Shown here one piece after another: positions 9,791 to 17,650 of a DNA stretch of 64,000 bases (the first letter of the stretch is position 1; each line of letters starts with the position of its first letter). The stretch comes from Candidatus Aenigmatarchaeota archaeon (GTDB taxonomy: Archaea > Aenigmatarchaeota > Aenigmatarchaeia > Aenigmatarchaeales > Aenigmatarchaeaceae). The notes under the pieces were generated by a model. It worked only from the letters and a program-made list of their open reading frames with translations, had not been told where the DNA came from and ran no database searches. Position numbers and translations under genes: made by a program. The stretch lies in assembly GCA_043802485.1 (NCBI GenBank), contig JAZDKZ010000006.1:135497-199496 (forward strand), written 5' to 3'.

Positions 9791-9806
9791 ATGAATTGTT
9801 ATTCAT
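9791..9806. promoter_or_regulatory. Inverted repeat ATGAAT-N4-ATTCAT in the 5' UTR of the DUF5320 operon
   Basis: Perfect 6-bp arms read directly from the sequence. It lies between the TATA-like box and the Shine-Dalgarno sequence. Confidence 0.45.
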
Positions 9807-9816
9807 TATATTGTAT

Positions 9817-9830
9817 TGAATATATATTCA
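9817..9830. promoter_or_regulatory. Perfect 14-bp palindrome TGAATATATATTCA, a candidate operator
   Basis: Read directly. It sits just downstream of the BRE/TATA-like box at 9836-9849. The same half-site ATGAATATATAT recurs at 9520-9531. Confidence 0.45.
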
Positions 9831-9835
9831 TAACA

Positions 9836-9849
9836 TTATTTAAAGCTTT
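9836..9849 (-). promoter_or_regulatory. BRE/TATA-like promoter box of the DUF5320-DUF134-trx operon
   Basis: The coding strand reads AAAGCTTTAAATAA about 65 nt upstream of ATG 9774. Confidence 0.45.
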
Positions 9850-10004
9850 CATTTCAATAACTTTTTAAATCTAAGAACAATATTATATAACGGGTCAGTA
9901 TGGCCGGGGAATTACTTTGTCAATAAAAGTGTAAATGATTTCTCCAGCCATGTTTCTAGAAAAATAGTTCATTTAAATAAAGAAAGGATAAAAGATATTT
10001 CTAT

Positions 10005-10075
10005 GCGGGGATGGCAGAACGGCCATGCGGTCGCCTGCAGAGCGACAGACCTGGGTTCGACTCCCGGTCCCCGCT
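10005..10075 (+). tRNA. tRNA-Cys (GCA)
   Basis: Hand-folded cloverleaf. Acceptor stem GCGGGGA/TCCCCGC, anticodon arm GTCGC-CTGCAGA-GCGAC, T arm CTGGG-TTCGACT-CCCGG. The discriminator U73 is the tRNA-Cys identity base. A TATA-like TTTAAATAAA lies about 27 nt upstream. Confidence 0.9.
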
Positions 10076-10088
10076 TCATGGTGCTTCT

Positions 10089-10988
10089 ATGATATACAAG
10101 AACATACTAGAGACTATTGGTAAAACGCCTTTGGTAAGAATAAACCGATTAACAGGAAAGGAAGACGCGACCGTTCTTGTAAAGATGGAAAAGTTCAATC
10201 CTGGCGGTTCTGTCAAGGACAGGATTGCAAAGTACATGATTGAGAACGCCGAGAAAGAGGGAAAGCTGACAAAGGACAAGATAATTCTGGAGCCAACTTC
10301 AGGTAATACTGGTATTGGTCTGGCAATGGTGGCTGCTGTTAAGGGCTACAAGGTGCTTTTCACAATGTCCGAATCTGTCAGTGTCGAGAGGAGAAAAATA
10401 CTGAAAGCTTTCGGAGCAGATCTCTTGCTCACTCCGAAGAGCAAGGGTACTGACGGCGCCATAGAAAAGGCATACATGATGGCTAGGGAAAAACCTAAAA
10501 AATATTTCTTGCCTGACCAATTCAACAACAAGTACAATGTTCTTGCCCATTACGAGACGACCGGCGAGGAGATAATCAAGGACACCAAAGGAAAGATAGA
10601 CATGTTCATTGCTTCTATAGGGACAGCAGGAACAATAACAGGAGTGGGAAAAAGACTAAAGGAGTTCAATCCAGATATTAAAGTGGTTGGTGTTGAGCCC
10701 CACTTTGGTCATAAAATCCAGGGGTTGAAAAGCATGAAAGAGGCCTACCGGCCAGGCATATACAATAGGAAGGCAATGGACGAGAAAGTTTTCATTGATG
10801 ACGAGGACGCTTTTGAGACAGCAAGGCAGATGGCTAAGCAAGAGGGTCTGCTTGTTGGCATGAGCTCAGGAGCAGTCGTGTTTGTAGCACTAAAAAAAGC
10901 AAAAGAATTAGGTAAAGGAAAGACAATAGTAGTAATACTGCCTGACGGTGGAGAAAGATACCTGACTACAAAACTGTTTGATGATTAA
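10089..10988 (+). CDS. cysK: Cysteine synthase / O-acetylserine sulfhydrylase family PLP enzyme
   Basis: The start was moved to ATG 10089, because the track ORF runs through the tRNA. TPLVRINRL, KMEKFNPGGSVKDR (PLP lysine) and TSGNTGIGLA are signatures of the CysK/CBS fold-type II family. GGTG lies 5 nt upstream of the ATG. Confidence 0.85.
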   Translation: MIYKNILETIGKTPLVRINRLTGKEDATVLVKMEKFNPGGSVKDRIAKYMIENAEKEGKLTKDKIILEPTSGNTGIGLAMVAAVKGYKVLFTMSESVSVERRKILKAFGADLLLTPKSKGTDGAIEKAYMMAREKPKKYFLPDQFNNKYNVLAHYETTGEEIIKDTKGKIDMFIASIGTAGTITGVGKRLKEFNPDIKVVGVEPHFGHKIQGLKSMKEAYRPGIYNRKAMDEKVFIDDEDAFETARQMAKQEGLLVGMSSGAVVFVALKKAKELGKGKTIVVILPDGGERYLTTKLFDD

Positions 10989-12396
10989 TATGACACTGAA
11001 AATTTTCAATACATTGACTAGGAGCAAAGAGGTATTCAAACCGATAGATGAGAAAGAGGTGACCATGTACACGTGCGGTCCTACTGTTTACGGTATTCCT
11101 CACATTGGCAATTACAGGAGCTTTGTTCTGGAGGACATGATGAGAAGATATCTAGAGTATCTAGGTTACAAGGTCAAGCAGGTCATGAACATCACTGACA
11201 TAGACGACAAGACCATAAGGGATTCTGGGAAAGAGAACGTTTCTCTGAAGGATTTCACTGAGAGGTACACGAAAATATTCATGGAAGATCTGAAAACACT
11301 GAACGTTCAGAAGGCCTTCATGTATCCAAAGGCTACAGAGCATTTTGAAGAAATGGTGAAAATAGTAAGGTTTCTGTTCGAGAAAGGCTACGCTTACGAG
11401 AAGCTGGGGAGCGTCTATTATGATATTTCTAAATTCAAGGGATATGGCAAGCTGTCCAAAGTCGATCTCAGCGGCATAAAGAATGGTGCAAGGGTTGATG
11501 TCGACGAATACGAGAAGGACAATCCTCAGGATTTTGTTCTCATGAAGAGGTCTACCACAGAAGAGTTGAAAAGAGGGATATTCTATGAGAGTAAATGGGG
11601 CAAGGTCAGGCCTGGATGGCACATCGAGTGCTCGACAATGTCCATGAAATATCTCGGCGAGACTATTGACATACACACAGGCGGGGTCGACAACATGTTT
11701 CCGCACCATGAGAACGAGATAGCTCAGTCAGAGGCGTATACAGGGAAGAAGTTTGTCAACTACTGGATGCACATCGAGCATCTGATAGTTAATGGCGAGA
11801 AGATGTCAAAGTCCTTGGGCAACTTTATTACTCTCAGGGATCTTCTTGAGAGGGGTTATGATTCCAAGGCTATAAGGTATCTGTTATTGTCTGCTCATTA
11901 CAAAAGCATCCTTAACTTTACTGACGAGAGCTTGAAGGACGCTGAGAGGACAGTGAACAATATCAATGACTTTGTTGATAGGATCAGCAAGCTGAAGATA
12001 ACAGGAGATTATAGTGATGATTTGAGCGGCAAAGTAAAGGAAGCTAAGGCAAAGTTCGAGGGCTACATGAATGATGATTTCAACACACCGCAGGCCCTGT
12101 CAGCTGTCTTCGAGCTGATAAAGGAGACCAACAAGGCTATTGACAAGCTCTATCTTTCAGAGGCTAATCTGAAAGAGGTCTACAATCAGATGCTGGAGTT
12201 TGACAAGGTTCTTGGTGTTATCGAGATAAGGAAGAAAGAGCTTCCCAGAGAAATTCTAGAGCTGATAGTCAAAAGAGAAACTTATAGAAAGATGGCTGAC
12301 TTTGACGCTGCAGACAAGGTCAGAAAAGAATTGAACGAAAAGGGCTTTTGGGTTGAAGATGGACCGGAAGGACCCAGATGGAAGAAGGTAAGATGA
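10981..12396 (+). CDS. cysS: Cysteinyl-tRNA synthetase
   Basis: Class I motifs HIGN and KMSKS plus the overall CysRS layout. ATG 10981 overlaps the cysK stop by 8 nt (alternative ATG at 10990). Confidence 0.9.
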   Translation: MINMTLKIFNTLTRSKEVFKPIDEKEVTMYTCGPTVYGIPHIGNYRSFVLEDMMRRYLEYLGYKVKQVMNITDIDDKTIRDSGKENVSLKDFTERYTKIFMEDLKTLNVQKAFMYPKATEHFEEMVKIVRFLFEKGYAYEKLGSVYYDISKFKGYGKLSKVDLSGIKNGARVDVDEYEKDNPQDFVLMKRSTTEELKRGIFYESKWGKVRPGWHIECSTMSMKYLGETIDIHTGGVDNMFPHHENEIAQSEAYTGKKFVNYWMHIEHLIVNGEKMSKSLGNFITLRDLLERGYDSKAIRYLLLSAHYKSILNFTDESLKDAERTVNNINDFVDRISKLKITGDYSDDLSGKVKEAKAKFEGYMNDDFNTPQALSAVFELIKETNKAIDKLYLSEANLKEVYNQMLEFDKVLGVIEIRKKELPREILELIVKRETYRKMADFDAADKVRKELNEKGFWVEDGPEGPRWKKVR

Positions 12397-12669
12397 TTAT
12401 TTTCTCAGGCGCTTTAGCTCTTTCTGCTTCACTGTCAGCCTTCTTATTGACTCGAAGACCTCTATGAAGCCTATGCCAATCAGAATGTAGCCTACTATCT
12501 GGGCCAGTTCAAAGTTCTGGAAGAAGCCTGCGACAGCGATTCCTGCCACGATGAACGTCAGGCCAGTCCTCATGAACGAGAGGATGGTCCTCTGCTTTGC
12601 CAGGACGACCTGCTCTTCCTGCATTAAAATTATTCTTGATTTCCTTTTAGGCATACTCTTATTTCTCAT
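12397..12669 (-). CDS. DUF202/YidH-like small membrane protein
   Basis: 90 aa with QRTILSFMRTGLTFIVAG and two TM helices. Confidence 0.5.
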   Translation of the reverse strand: MRNKSMPKRKSRIILMQEEQVVLAKQRTILSFMRTGLTFIVAGIAVAGFFQNFELAQIVGYILIGIGFIEVFESIRRLTVKQKELKRLRK

Positions 12670-12689
12670 AACTTGAATAAAAAGATTTT

Positions 12690-13838
12690 CTATAATTTAT
12701 TCAGCTTCGGTTTTTCAGTATTTTTCCATATTTCTACAAGTCTGTCATGTTTTGCCTTTCTCTCTCTTCCGAAAATGCCGCACTTTATCAGCGGCGAGCC
12801 TATACCAACAGCCAAATCAGAAATAAAGTCGTCCATGGTTTCCCCTGACCTGTGTGACACAATAGTTTTGAACTTTGCCTTGTTGGCCAATTTCACAGTC
12901 TTTAATGTCCTGGAAACAGTTCCTGCTTGGTCAGGTTTGATTATTATCGCATTGCCTGCCTTCTTCTTTATTCCCTGCTTCAGCCTTTCCTCTTGCGTCA
13001 CGAAAAGGTCATCGCCCACTATTAGACATTTAGCTTTCCTTGTTAGCTCGGAAAAGTTCTTGAAATCGTCCTCGTGAAAAGGATCCTCTACGTATTCAAG
13101 CTTGTAAGCATTTATCAGGCCAAGAATGAATTCCATCTGCTTTTCAGGCGAAAGCTTCCTCTCAGGATTCTTGTAATAATAAATGCCGTTCTTGAAGTTC
13201 TCCGAGGCGGCAAAGTCTATGCCAATGCCAGCATCATATTGTTCTGCTACCTGGCTCAGCAAATCCAGGGTTTTGATGTCGTCAAGCTTGCACATCCATG
13301 CTCCTTCATAGTTGTTGCCGTCCACCATTCTCTTTGATTTTAGTATCTTGCCCACAGTTTCCCATATTTTCTGGTTGGTCTCCAAAGCCTCTTTCATGGT
13401 CTTGGCCTTCTTCGGAAAAACCAGGAACTCCTGCTCTGTCAAGTAACCCTTGTGCACCCCTCCCCCTATGACATTGCCCAGTGGCAACGGGAATTTTAGT
13501 TCTTTCGGATTAAGAAATTGGTAAACATTATTGTTTGACACTGCTCTGATGCCTGCCATAGACAGTGCTATGGATATGTGAGCTCCCAGATTGTCAAGAC
13601 CCACCTCTTCTATCAGCCTGTCAACATGCTTCTCGCTCTGTCCTATGAAATGAGGCTTGTATCTGGGAAAATACCTTATGGCGTTTTCTATTTTTATTGA
13701 CTTGGCTTCATGGCTGCCTTCCGAAGTTCCGGCAGCTGCGCGGGCAATGAAATCACCCTTGTCAGTTTTTAGTGTAACCCTAACAGTCTTCTTGCCGCAA
13801 GAATTGTCAATCGGTCTTATCATGATGTCTTTTATCAT
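12690..13838 (-). CDS. eno: Enolase (short form, 382 aa)
   Basis: Carries SHRSGETMDD, IVGDDLFVT, YVEDPFHEDD and IIKPDQAGT, matching the enolase metal- and substrate-binding motifs. It is about 45 aa shorter than typical enolases. Confidence 0.85.
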   Translation of the reverse strand: MIKDIMIRPIDNSCGKKTVRVTLKTDKGDFIARAAAGTSEGSHEAKSIKIENAIRYFPRYKPHFIGQSEKHVDRLIEEVGLDNLGAHISIALSMAGIRAVSNNNVYQFLNPKELKFPLPLGNVIGGGVHKGYLTEQEFLVFPKKAKTMKEALETNQKIWETVGKILKSKRMVDGNNYEGAWMCKLDDIKTLDLLSQVAEQYDAGIGIDFAASENFKNGIYYYKNPERKLSPEKQMEFILGLINAYKLEYVEDPFHEDDFKNFSELTRKAKCLIVGDDLFVTQEERLKQGIKKKAGNAIIIKPDQAGTVSRTLKTVKLANKAKFKTIVSHRSGETMDDFISDLAVGIGSPLIKCGIFGRERKAKHDRLVEIWKNTEKPKLNKL

Positions 13839-13867
13839 GATATACTAATTTAGAAAGCTGGTATAAA

Positions 13868-14035
13868 TTATTTCTTGATGTCAATCGGTATTACGCCTTT
13901 TTTGAATTCCAGCTCTGCTATGCTGATGGGGTCCTTGACATCAGTCTTCATCATCAGAGGCGCTCCCCTAGCTATCTGCAAGGCCCTTGCGCCTATGATT
14001 CTCGCCTTTTCGAATCTTGAGTAATCTTTTTGCAT
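13868..14035 (-). CDS. rpoK: DNA-directed RNA polymerase subunit K (Rpo6/omega-like)
   Basis: 55-aa ORF below the track cut-off. MQKDYSRFEKARIIGARALQIARGAPLMM... matches the conserved RpoK core (F-E-x-A-R-I-I-G-A-R-A-L-Q-I). It lies adjacent to eno, as in many archaea. Confidence 0.8.
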   Translation of the reverse strand: MQKDYSRFEKARIIGARALQIARGAPLMMKTDVKDPISIAELEFKKGVIPIDIKK

Positions 14036-14071
14036 AGAATCACTTTTTGTAAATTATTATTTAAAATTGTA

Positions 14072-14084
14072 CTATATAAGCTTT
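14072..14084 (-). promoter_or_regulatory. BRE/TATA-like promoter box for rpoK-eno
   Basis: The coding strand reads AAAGCTTATATAG about 40 nt upstream of ATG 14035. Confidence 0.4.
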
Positions 14085-14746
14085 TAATTATTTCGTCTTC
14101 TCTTCATGTTTCCTCGGTTAAGTCTAATATATTGGAAATAAGAATATAACACCAGATATATGGAACCTACAATGATTGGTAAAAGAACCAAGAATATACT
14201 ATAAACAGGAATCAATATGGAGATAGTGGCGATTATGCCAGAAACCTTGAATATCTTTCCACCTAGTTTGTTGGTCTTTTTCCATACCCTTTCATCACTC
14301 AATGTCCACGGAGTTTTTATTCCTATGAACCAGTTCATTTCAGATTTCTCGGTCAACACTCCTGCACAAAAGAGAAGCAAGCCTATTGGAGGAATTATAA
14401 GTTGAGACATATCGAACCTTATTCCTAGGTTCCAGATAATTGTTAACAGATAAATATAGAACATGAAAACAATAGTGACTAACGCAAATATGTCAAAATA
14501 GCTTCTGAACTTTTTTATGTTCTTCTTTAGAGGGTCTATTTTCGGTATTATTACGAACATGGTCATCAAAGCAACAGAAACAATAGGCATTAAGAAAAGA
14601 CCCCAAAACTTTGACATGTAGCCGTCCACTTCTCCTTGGGCATTCCAGTGCGATGCCAGTTCATCGGGCATTATGGGATAAAAGTAAAGACTTGTCATCA
14701 AAGATGTAAGAACAATCAATAGAGACAATATGTAAACTTTTCTCAT
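14084..14746 (-). CDS. DUF1648 / SdpI-family membrane protein
   Basis: 220 aa. YPIMPDELASHWNAQGEVDGY (DUF1648) and NWFIGIKTPWTLSDERVW (SdpI-like), with multiple TM helices. Confidence 0.65.
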   Translation of the reverse strand: MRKVYILSLLIVLTSLMTSLYFYPIMPDELASHWNAQGEVDGYMSKFWGLFLMPIVSVALMTMFVIIPKIDPLKKNIKKFRSYFDIFALVTIVFMFYIYLLTIIWNLGIRFDMSQLIIPPIGLLLFCAGVLTEKSEMNWFIGIKTPWTLSDERVWKKTNKLGGKIFKVSGIIATISILIPVYSIFLVLLPIIVGSIYLVLYSYFQYIRLNRGNMKRRRNN

Positions 14747-14753
14747 AAAAATA

Positions 14754-15527
14754 TCAGCCTATGTATTTCAGCTCTTCCGACTTCTTTTCCTTGCCTAATT
14801 GCTCCATGGCCTGCTTCTGGATGCTTTCCAGCTTATTGATAAAGTCGTGCATTGCCTTGACCTTTTCATCGAGTTTAGATAGGTCAATCTTGAGGTTCAG
14901 CATCTTTTTCAGAATGTTCAGGACAGCTTCCGCGGCTGTTGGGTCAGTGATTATAGGGAAGCCCGTCGTCTCTCCCAGCAAAACCATACCCTTTATGTCA
15001 TAAAGCTTTGACAAGCCAACCAATAAACCTGACGCTCCGACTATGGTGCCTATCTGGCCGCTTATGTCAAAGTTTATCCCCAGTTTCTTGTAGTTCTTGG
15101 TTGACTCGTTCTCTGTTATCGAGCCATAGACAGTCGGCTTTTCAGAAACATGGCCAGTGCCAAAACCGCCTACAGTTATTATCTGCTTGCAGCCCATCTG
15201 CTGCAGGAATTCTAATATCTTGCCAGCAACCTCATAGTGACCTTTCGGATCATAAGTCTGGCAGTCGCCTATCAAAAGTATCAGGTCGTGCTCCTTGCCC
15301 TTGCAATAGTAGAACTCGTTTCTAAGGGTGTGTATCTTGTTGTTGTGTATCATTACAAACGGGAAGAAAAATGGCGAGTACAGTTCTGCGAACTTTTTCG
15401 CCTTCAGTTCATGAACCATGTAGCCCACGGCAATCCTGCCTATGTTGCCTATGCCCGGCAGGCCGACGATGCAGACAGGGCTTTTCAGCTTGGGTTTTTT
15501 TTCGATAAGAATCTTCGTCTCAAGCAT
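14754..15527 (-). CDS. PAC2-family proteasome assembly chaperone-like protein
   Basis: PVCIVGLPGIGNIGRIAVGYMVHEL is typical of archaeal PAC2/PbaB-like proteins. ATG 15525-15527 is preferred over the track GTG at 15536. Confidence 0.7.
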   Translation of the reverse strand: MLETKILIEKKPKLKSPVCIVGLPGIGNIGRIAVGYMVHELKAKKFAELYSPFFFPFVMIHNNKIHTLRNEFYYCKGKEHDLILLIGDCQTYDPKGHYEVAGKILEFLQQMGCKQIITVGGFGTGHVSEKPTVYGSITENESTKNYKKLGINFDISGQIGTIVGASGLLVGLSKLYDIKGMVLLGETTGFPIITDPTAAEAVLNILKKMLNLKIDLSKLDEKVKAMHDFINKLESIQKQAMEQLGKEKKSEELKYIG

Positions 15528-15528
15528 G

Positions 15529-15702
15529 TTAAACACTTTTATTTTCCTCTAATTTAAATGTTTGCCTTCTATATTTGCCGTATTTCTTCTCCTTTTTCAT
15601 GGAGAACTTTGGCGGGTAGGCTGTCACTGACTTTTCCTTGCATTCAGAACATGCGTCCTTCATGGTGTATTTCTTGCACTTGGGACATCTTTTCAGCAGC
15701 AT
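15529..15702 (-). CDS. nop10: H/ACA RNP protein Nop10
   Basis: 57-aa ORF below the track cut-off. MLLKRCPKCKKYTMKDACSECKEKSVTAYPPKFSMKKEKKYGKYRR has the Nop10 zinc ribbon and the PPKFS...Y..YRR motif. It starts 1 nt after the aIF2-alpha stop, the conserved archaeal gene order. Confidence 0.8.
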   Translation of the reverse strand: MLLKRCPKCKKYTMKDACSECKEKSVTAYPPKFSMKKEKKYGKYRRQTFKLEENKSV

Positions 15703-16485
15703 CTAATCAACTTTCAGGACGCCTTCGCCGTTGCATTCCTTCAGCTTGCTGATGATCTCTTCACCAACTTCTCTCAGTTCCTTTTCTCCTGCTTTCGCGT
15801 CCTTTGTCTTCAGTAAAATGGAATATTTGGGTGCTGATATGTACCTTAGCTCTATGTCATGCTTTTTTTTGGCATCCTTCAGAAGCTTTTTTATAACAGT
15901 TACACCATCAGGCTGGTAGCACTTTAGTTCTATGTCAGCCTTTATCTCGATTTCCTTCAGTTCCATCTGCTCATCGGCAATTTCCTTTATCTGTTTTGCC
16001 CATTTCTCAGGAACTCCCTTCTTTATCAATAATTCGTAACCTTTGTCTGACAGGGACATGTGGAAAGCCTTGAAAATCTCGCCGAATATGTCACGCAGCT
16101 GGAAGCCTATCTCCTTGTAGGCCTGGTCCAATGTCATCTTGTTCTTTTCCGCCAGAACGTTGAGCATCTTCTCGGCCTTTATCTCCCTCTTGTACTCTTT
16201 CATCTTTTTATCAGAATCGTACTTTTTGACCCTTTTCAGGCTCAGGGTGATGTGACCCTTCAGCTTGTCAGTTCTCATTACCAGGGCGACTACTTTCTGG
16301 CCCGGTTTGACGAACTTTCTGATGTCCTTTACCCACTTGCCAGCGACTTCAGATATATGGATCATTCCTTCCAATTTCTCATACTCGTCCAGATTTACGA
16401 AAGCAGAAAATGGATTGACCTTTGATACAGTCCCTAGAACTATTTCTCTTCTCTCCGGCCACCCTTCTTTCTTCGGCATAAACAC
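15703..16485 (-). CDS. eif2a: Translation initiation factor aIF2, alpha subunit
   Basis: 260 aa. N-terminal S1 domain (GTVSKVNPFSAFVNLDEYEKLEGMIHISEV) and an aIF2-alpha C-terminal domain. Confidence 0.9.
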   Translation of the reverse strand: MFMPKKEGWPERREIVLGTVSKVNPFSAFVNLDEYEKLEGMIHISEVAGKWVKDIRKFVKPGQKVVALVMRTDKLKGHITLSLKRVKKYDSDKKMKEYKREIKAEKMLNVLAEKNKMTLDQAYKEIGFQLRDIFGEIFKAFHMSLSDKGYELLIKKGVPEKWAKQIKEIADEQMELKEIEIKADIELKCYQPDGVTVIKKLLKDAKKKHDIELRYISAPKYSILLKTKDAKAGEKELREVGEEIISKLKECNGEGVLKVD

Positions 16486-16517
16486 TTATAGAGAAAGAGA
16501 ATTTTTAAGCTTATTTG

Positions 16518-16703
16518 TTAGAATACTTGAAGAACCTTTGACTTTATCTTGCCCTTGCCGCCTGTTGACTCTGCCAGTTCCGTGCCGCAAACTAGGCACT
16601 TTACTTTAGAGCTGGGCTTGTTGAAGATTATCTGCTCGTTGTTGCACTTTTCGCATATAACCTTAAGGAACTTGCTAGTTGTTTTTGGTATCATACTTTT
16701 CAT
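16518..16703 (-). CDS. rps27e: Ribosomal protein S27e
   Basis: 61 aa with a C4 zinc ribbon (CEKCNNEQ...CLVCG). Confidence 0.9.
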   Translation of the reverse strand: MKSMIPKTTSKFLKVICEKCNNEQIIFNKPSSKVKCLVCGTELAESTGGKGKIKSKVLQVF

Positions 16704-16708
16704 TTAAA

Positions 16709-16999
16709 TCACATCTTCTTTTTTAATTCGAACTTTTTGACTCTGAAACCCTTACCAATGCATTGCTCCTTGCCACAAGTCTTGCACTTGTATCTCAGGT
16801 CGACCTTCTTTGTTGGTTTTGACCTTCCCCTAGGGTTGGGTTTGGGGAAGCTTCCGAACCCCTTCATCTTCCTCTTGAACCTTCTCTGGCCCTGAGCCAT
16901 TTTTCTCTTTACCTTGCTCGCGCTCATCCTTCTTACCGTATGTACGGTGTGCTTCTTGCACTTTGGGCAGTGCCTGTTTTGGGTTTTTGGCATATCCAT
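16709..16999 (-). CDS. rpl44e: Ribosomal protein L44e (eL42)
   Basis: 96 aa. PKTQNRHCPKCKKHTVHTV...KCKTCGK is the L44e signature. Confidence 0.9.
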   Translation of the reverse strand: MDMPKTQNRHCPKCKKHTVHTVRRMSASKVKRKMAQGQRRFKRKMKGFGSFPKPNPRGRSKPTKKVDLRYKCKTCGKEQCIGKGFRVKKFELKKKM

Positions 17000-17003
17000 A
17001 CTA

Positions 17004-17606
17004 TCACTCTAAAATGTTCTCGGCTACCTTTCTTGTAAGCAGTATGTTCCCGACCTCATTCGGCAGCGACACGACATCGCCAGTCTTCAGAGGCCCGTAT
17101 GACTGCATGTTGGAGCCGACAAATCTTGGCAAATCGGCCAATATTTTAACCATTAATTTGCCATTAGGCTTAATAAATTTTTGCCCTTCGATTGTTTTCT
17201 CGGGTTTGAGCTCTTTTATGCTGCTTTTGGCTTCCTCTATCTTTTCCTCTACTATGTCATCATAGTTCCTGAATTTCTCATTCATATTGTTACTGAAATC
17301 TTTTAATATGTTTACCATCTGGTCGAAAAAGCCCCTTTCCTCGTCGTTAAGGTTAACAGGTGGCATGTCGCCTCTCACAGTCCTTAGGGCTGAAAGAACT
17401 ATTTTCTTCTCCCTTCTGTTTATTATCTTGTCCAGCAGCTTTTTGGCATTCTCCACTTCCAGCAGGGAAGTGGTGTCTTTCATGTTTTCTTTGTGCTTGA
17501 ACCAGCTTCTGATGGACTCGAAAAAGCCTTCCGGCAGCTTCTGCAGCTCGTCGTCCTTCTCGGATCGGTGGGCGTTCCTTATGGTTTCGTAGGTTATGAG
17601 CTCCAT
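17004..17606 (-). CDS. GINS complex subunit (Gins51-like)
   Basis: 200 aa. The N-terminal pattern resembles the archaeal Gins51 A domain (LTYETIRNAHRSEK...LQKLPEGFFESI...RREKKIVLSA). The C-terminal pattern resembles the B domain (LADLPRFVGSNMQSYGPLKTGDVVSLP). The gene is adjacent to the primase gene. Confidence 0.6.
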   Translation of the reverse strand: MELITYETIRNAHRSEKDDELQKLPEGFFESIRSWFKHKENMKDTTSLLEVENAKKLLDKIINRREKKIVLSALRTVRGDMPPVNLNDEERGFFDQMVNILKDFSNNMNEKFRNYDDIVEEKIEEAKSSIKELKPEKTIEGQKFIKPNGKLMVKILADLPRFVGSNMQSYGPLKTGDVVSLPNEVGNILLTRKVAENILE

Positions 17607-17627
17607 TCGAATCAGATAATAGTTTTG

Positions 17628-17640
17628 CTTTAAAGCTTAA
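17628..17640 (-). promoter_or_regulatory. BRE/TATA-like box upstream of the GINS gene
   Basis: The coding strand reads TAAGCTTTAAAGC about 26 nt upstream of ATG 17606. Confidence 0.35.
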
Positions 17641-17650
17641 AAATCAGTTT

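Noticed and set aside
9895-9955. Imperfect 11-bp stem (TGGCCGGGGAA ... TTCTCCAGCCA) with a 28-nt loop upstream of tRNA-Cys, considered as a small RNA, split-tRNA half or C/D-box sRNA.
   Set aside because: I could find no C/D or H/ACA box arrangement, no tRNA-like arms and no promoter at a suitable distance. The structure alone is insufficient evidence.
10011-10088. N-terminal 26 codons of the track ORF 10011-10988 (MAERPCGRLQSDRPGFDSRSPLHGAS...).
   Set aside because: This stretch is the in-frame translation of the tRNA-Cys gene. The conserved cysteine synthase sequence begins at ATG 10089, which has a GGTG Shine-Dalgarno sequence.
12673-13077. 134-aa plus-strand ORF.
   Set aside because: It is antisense to the enolase gene and has no independent support.
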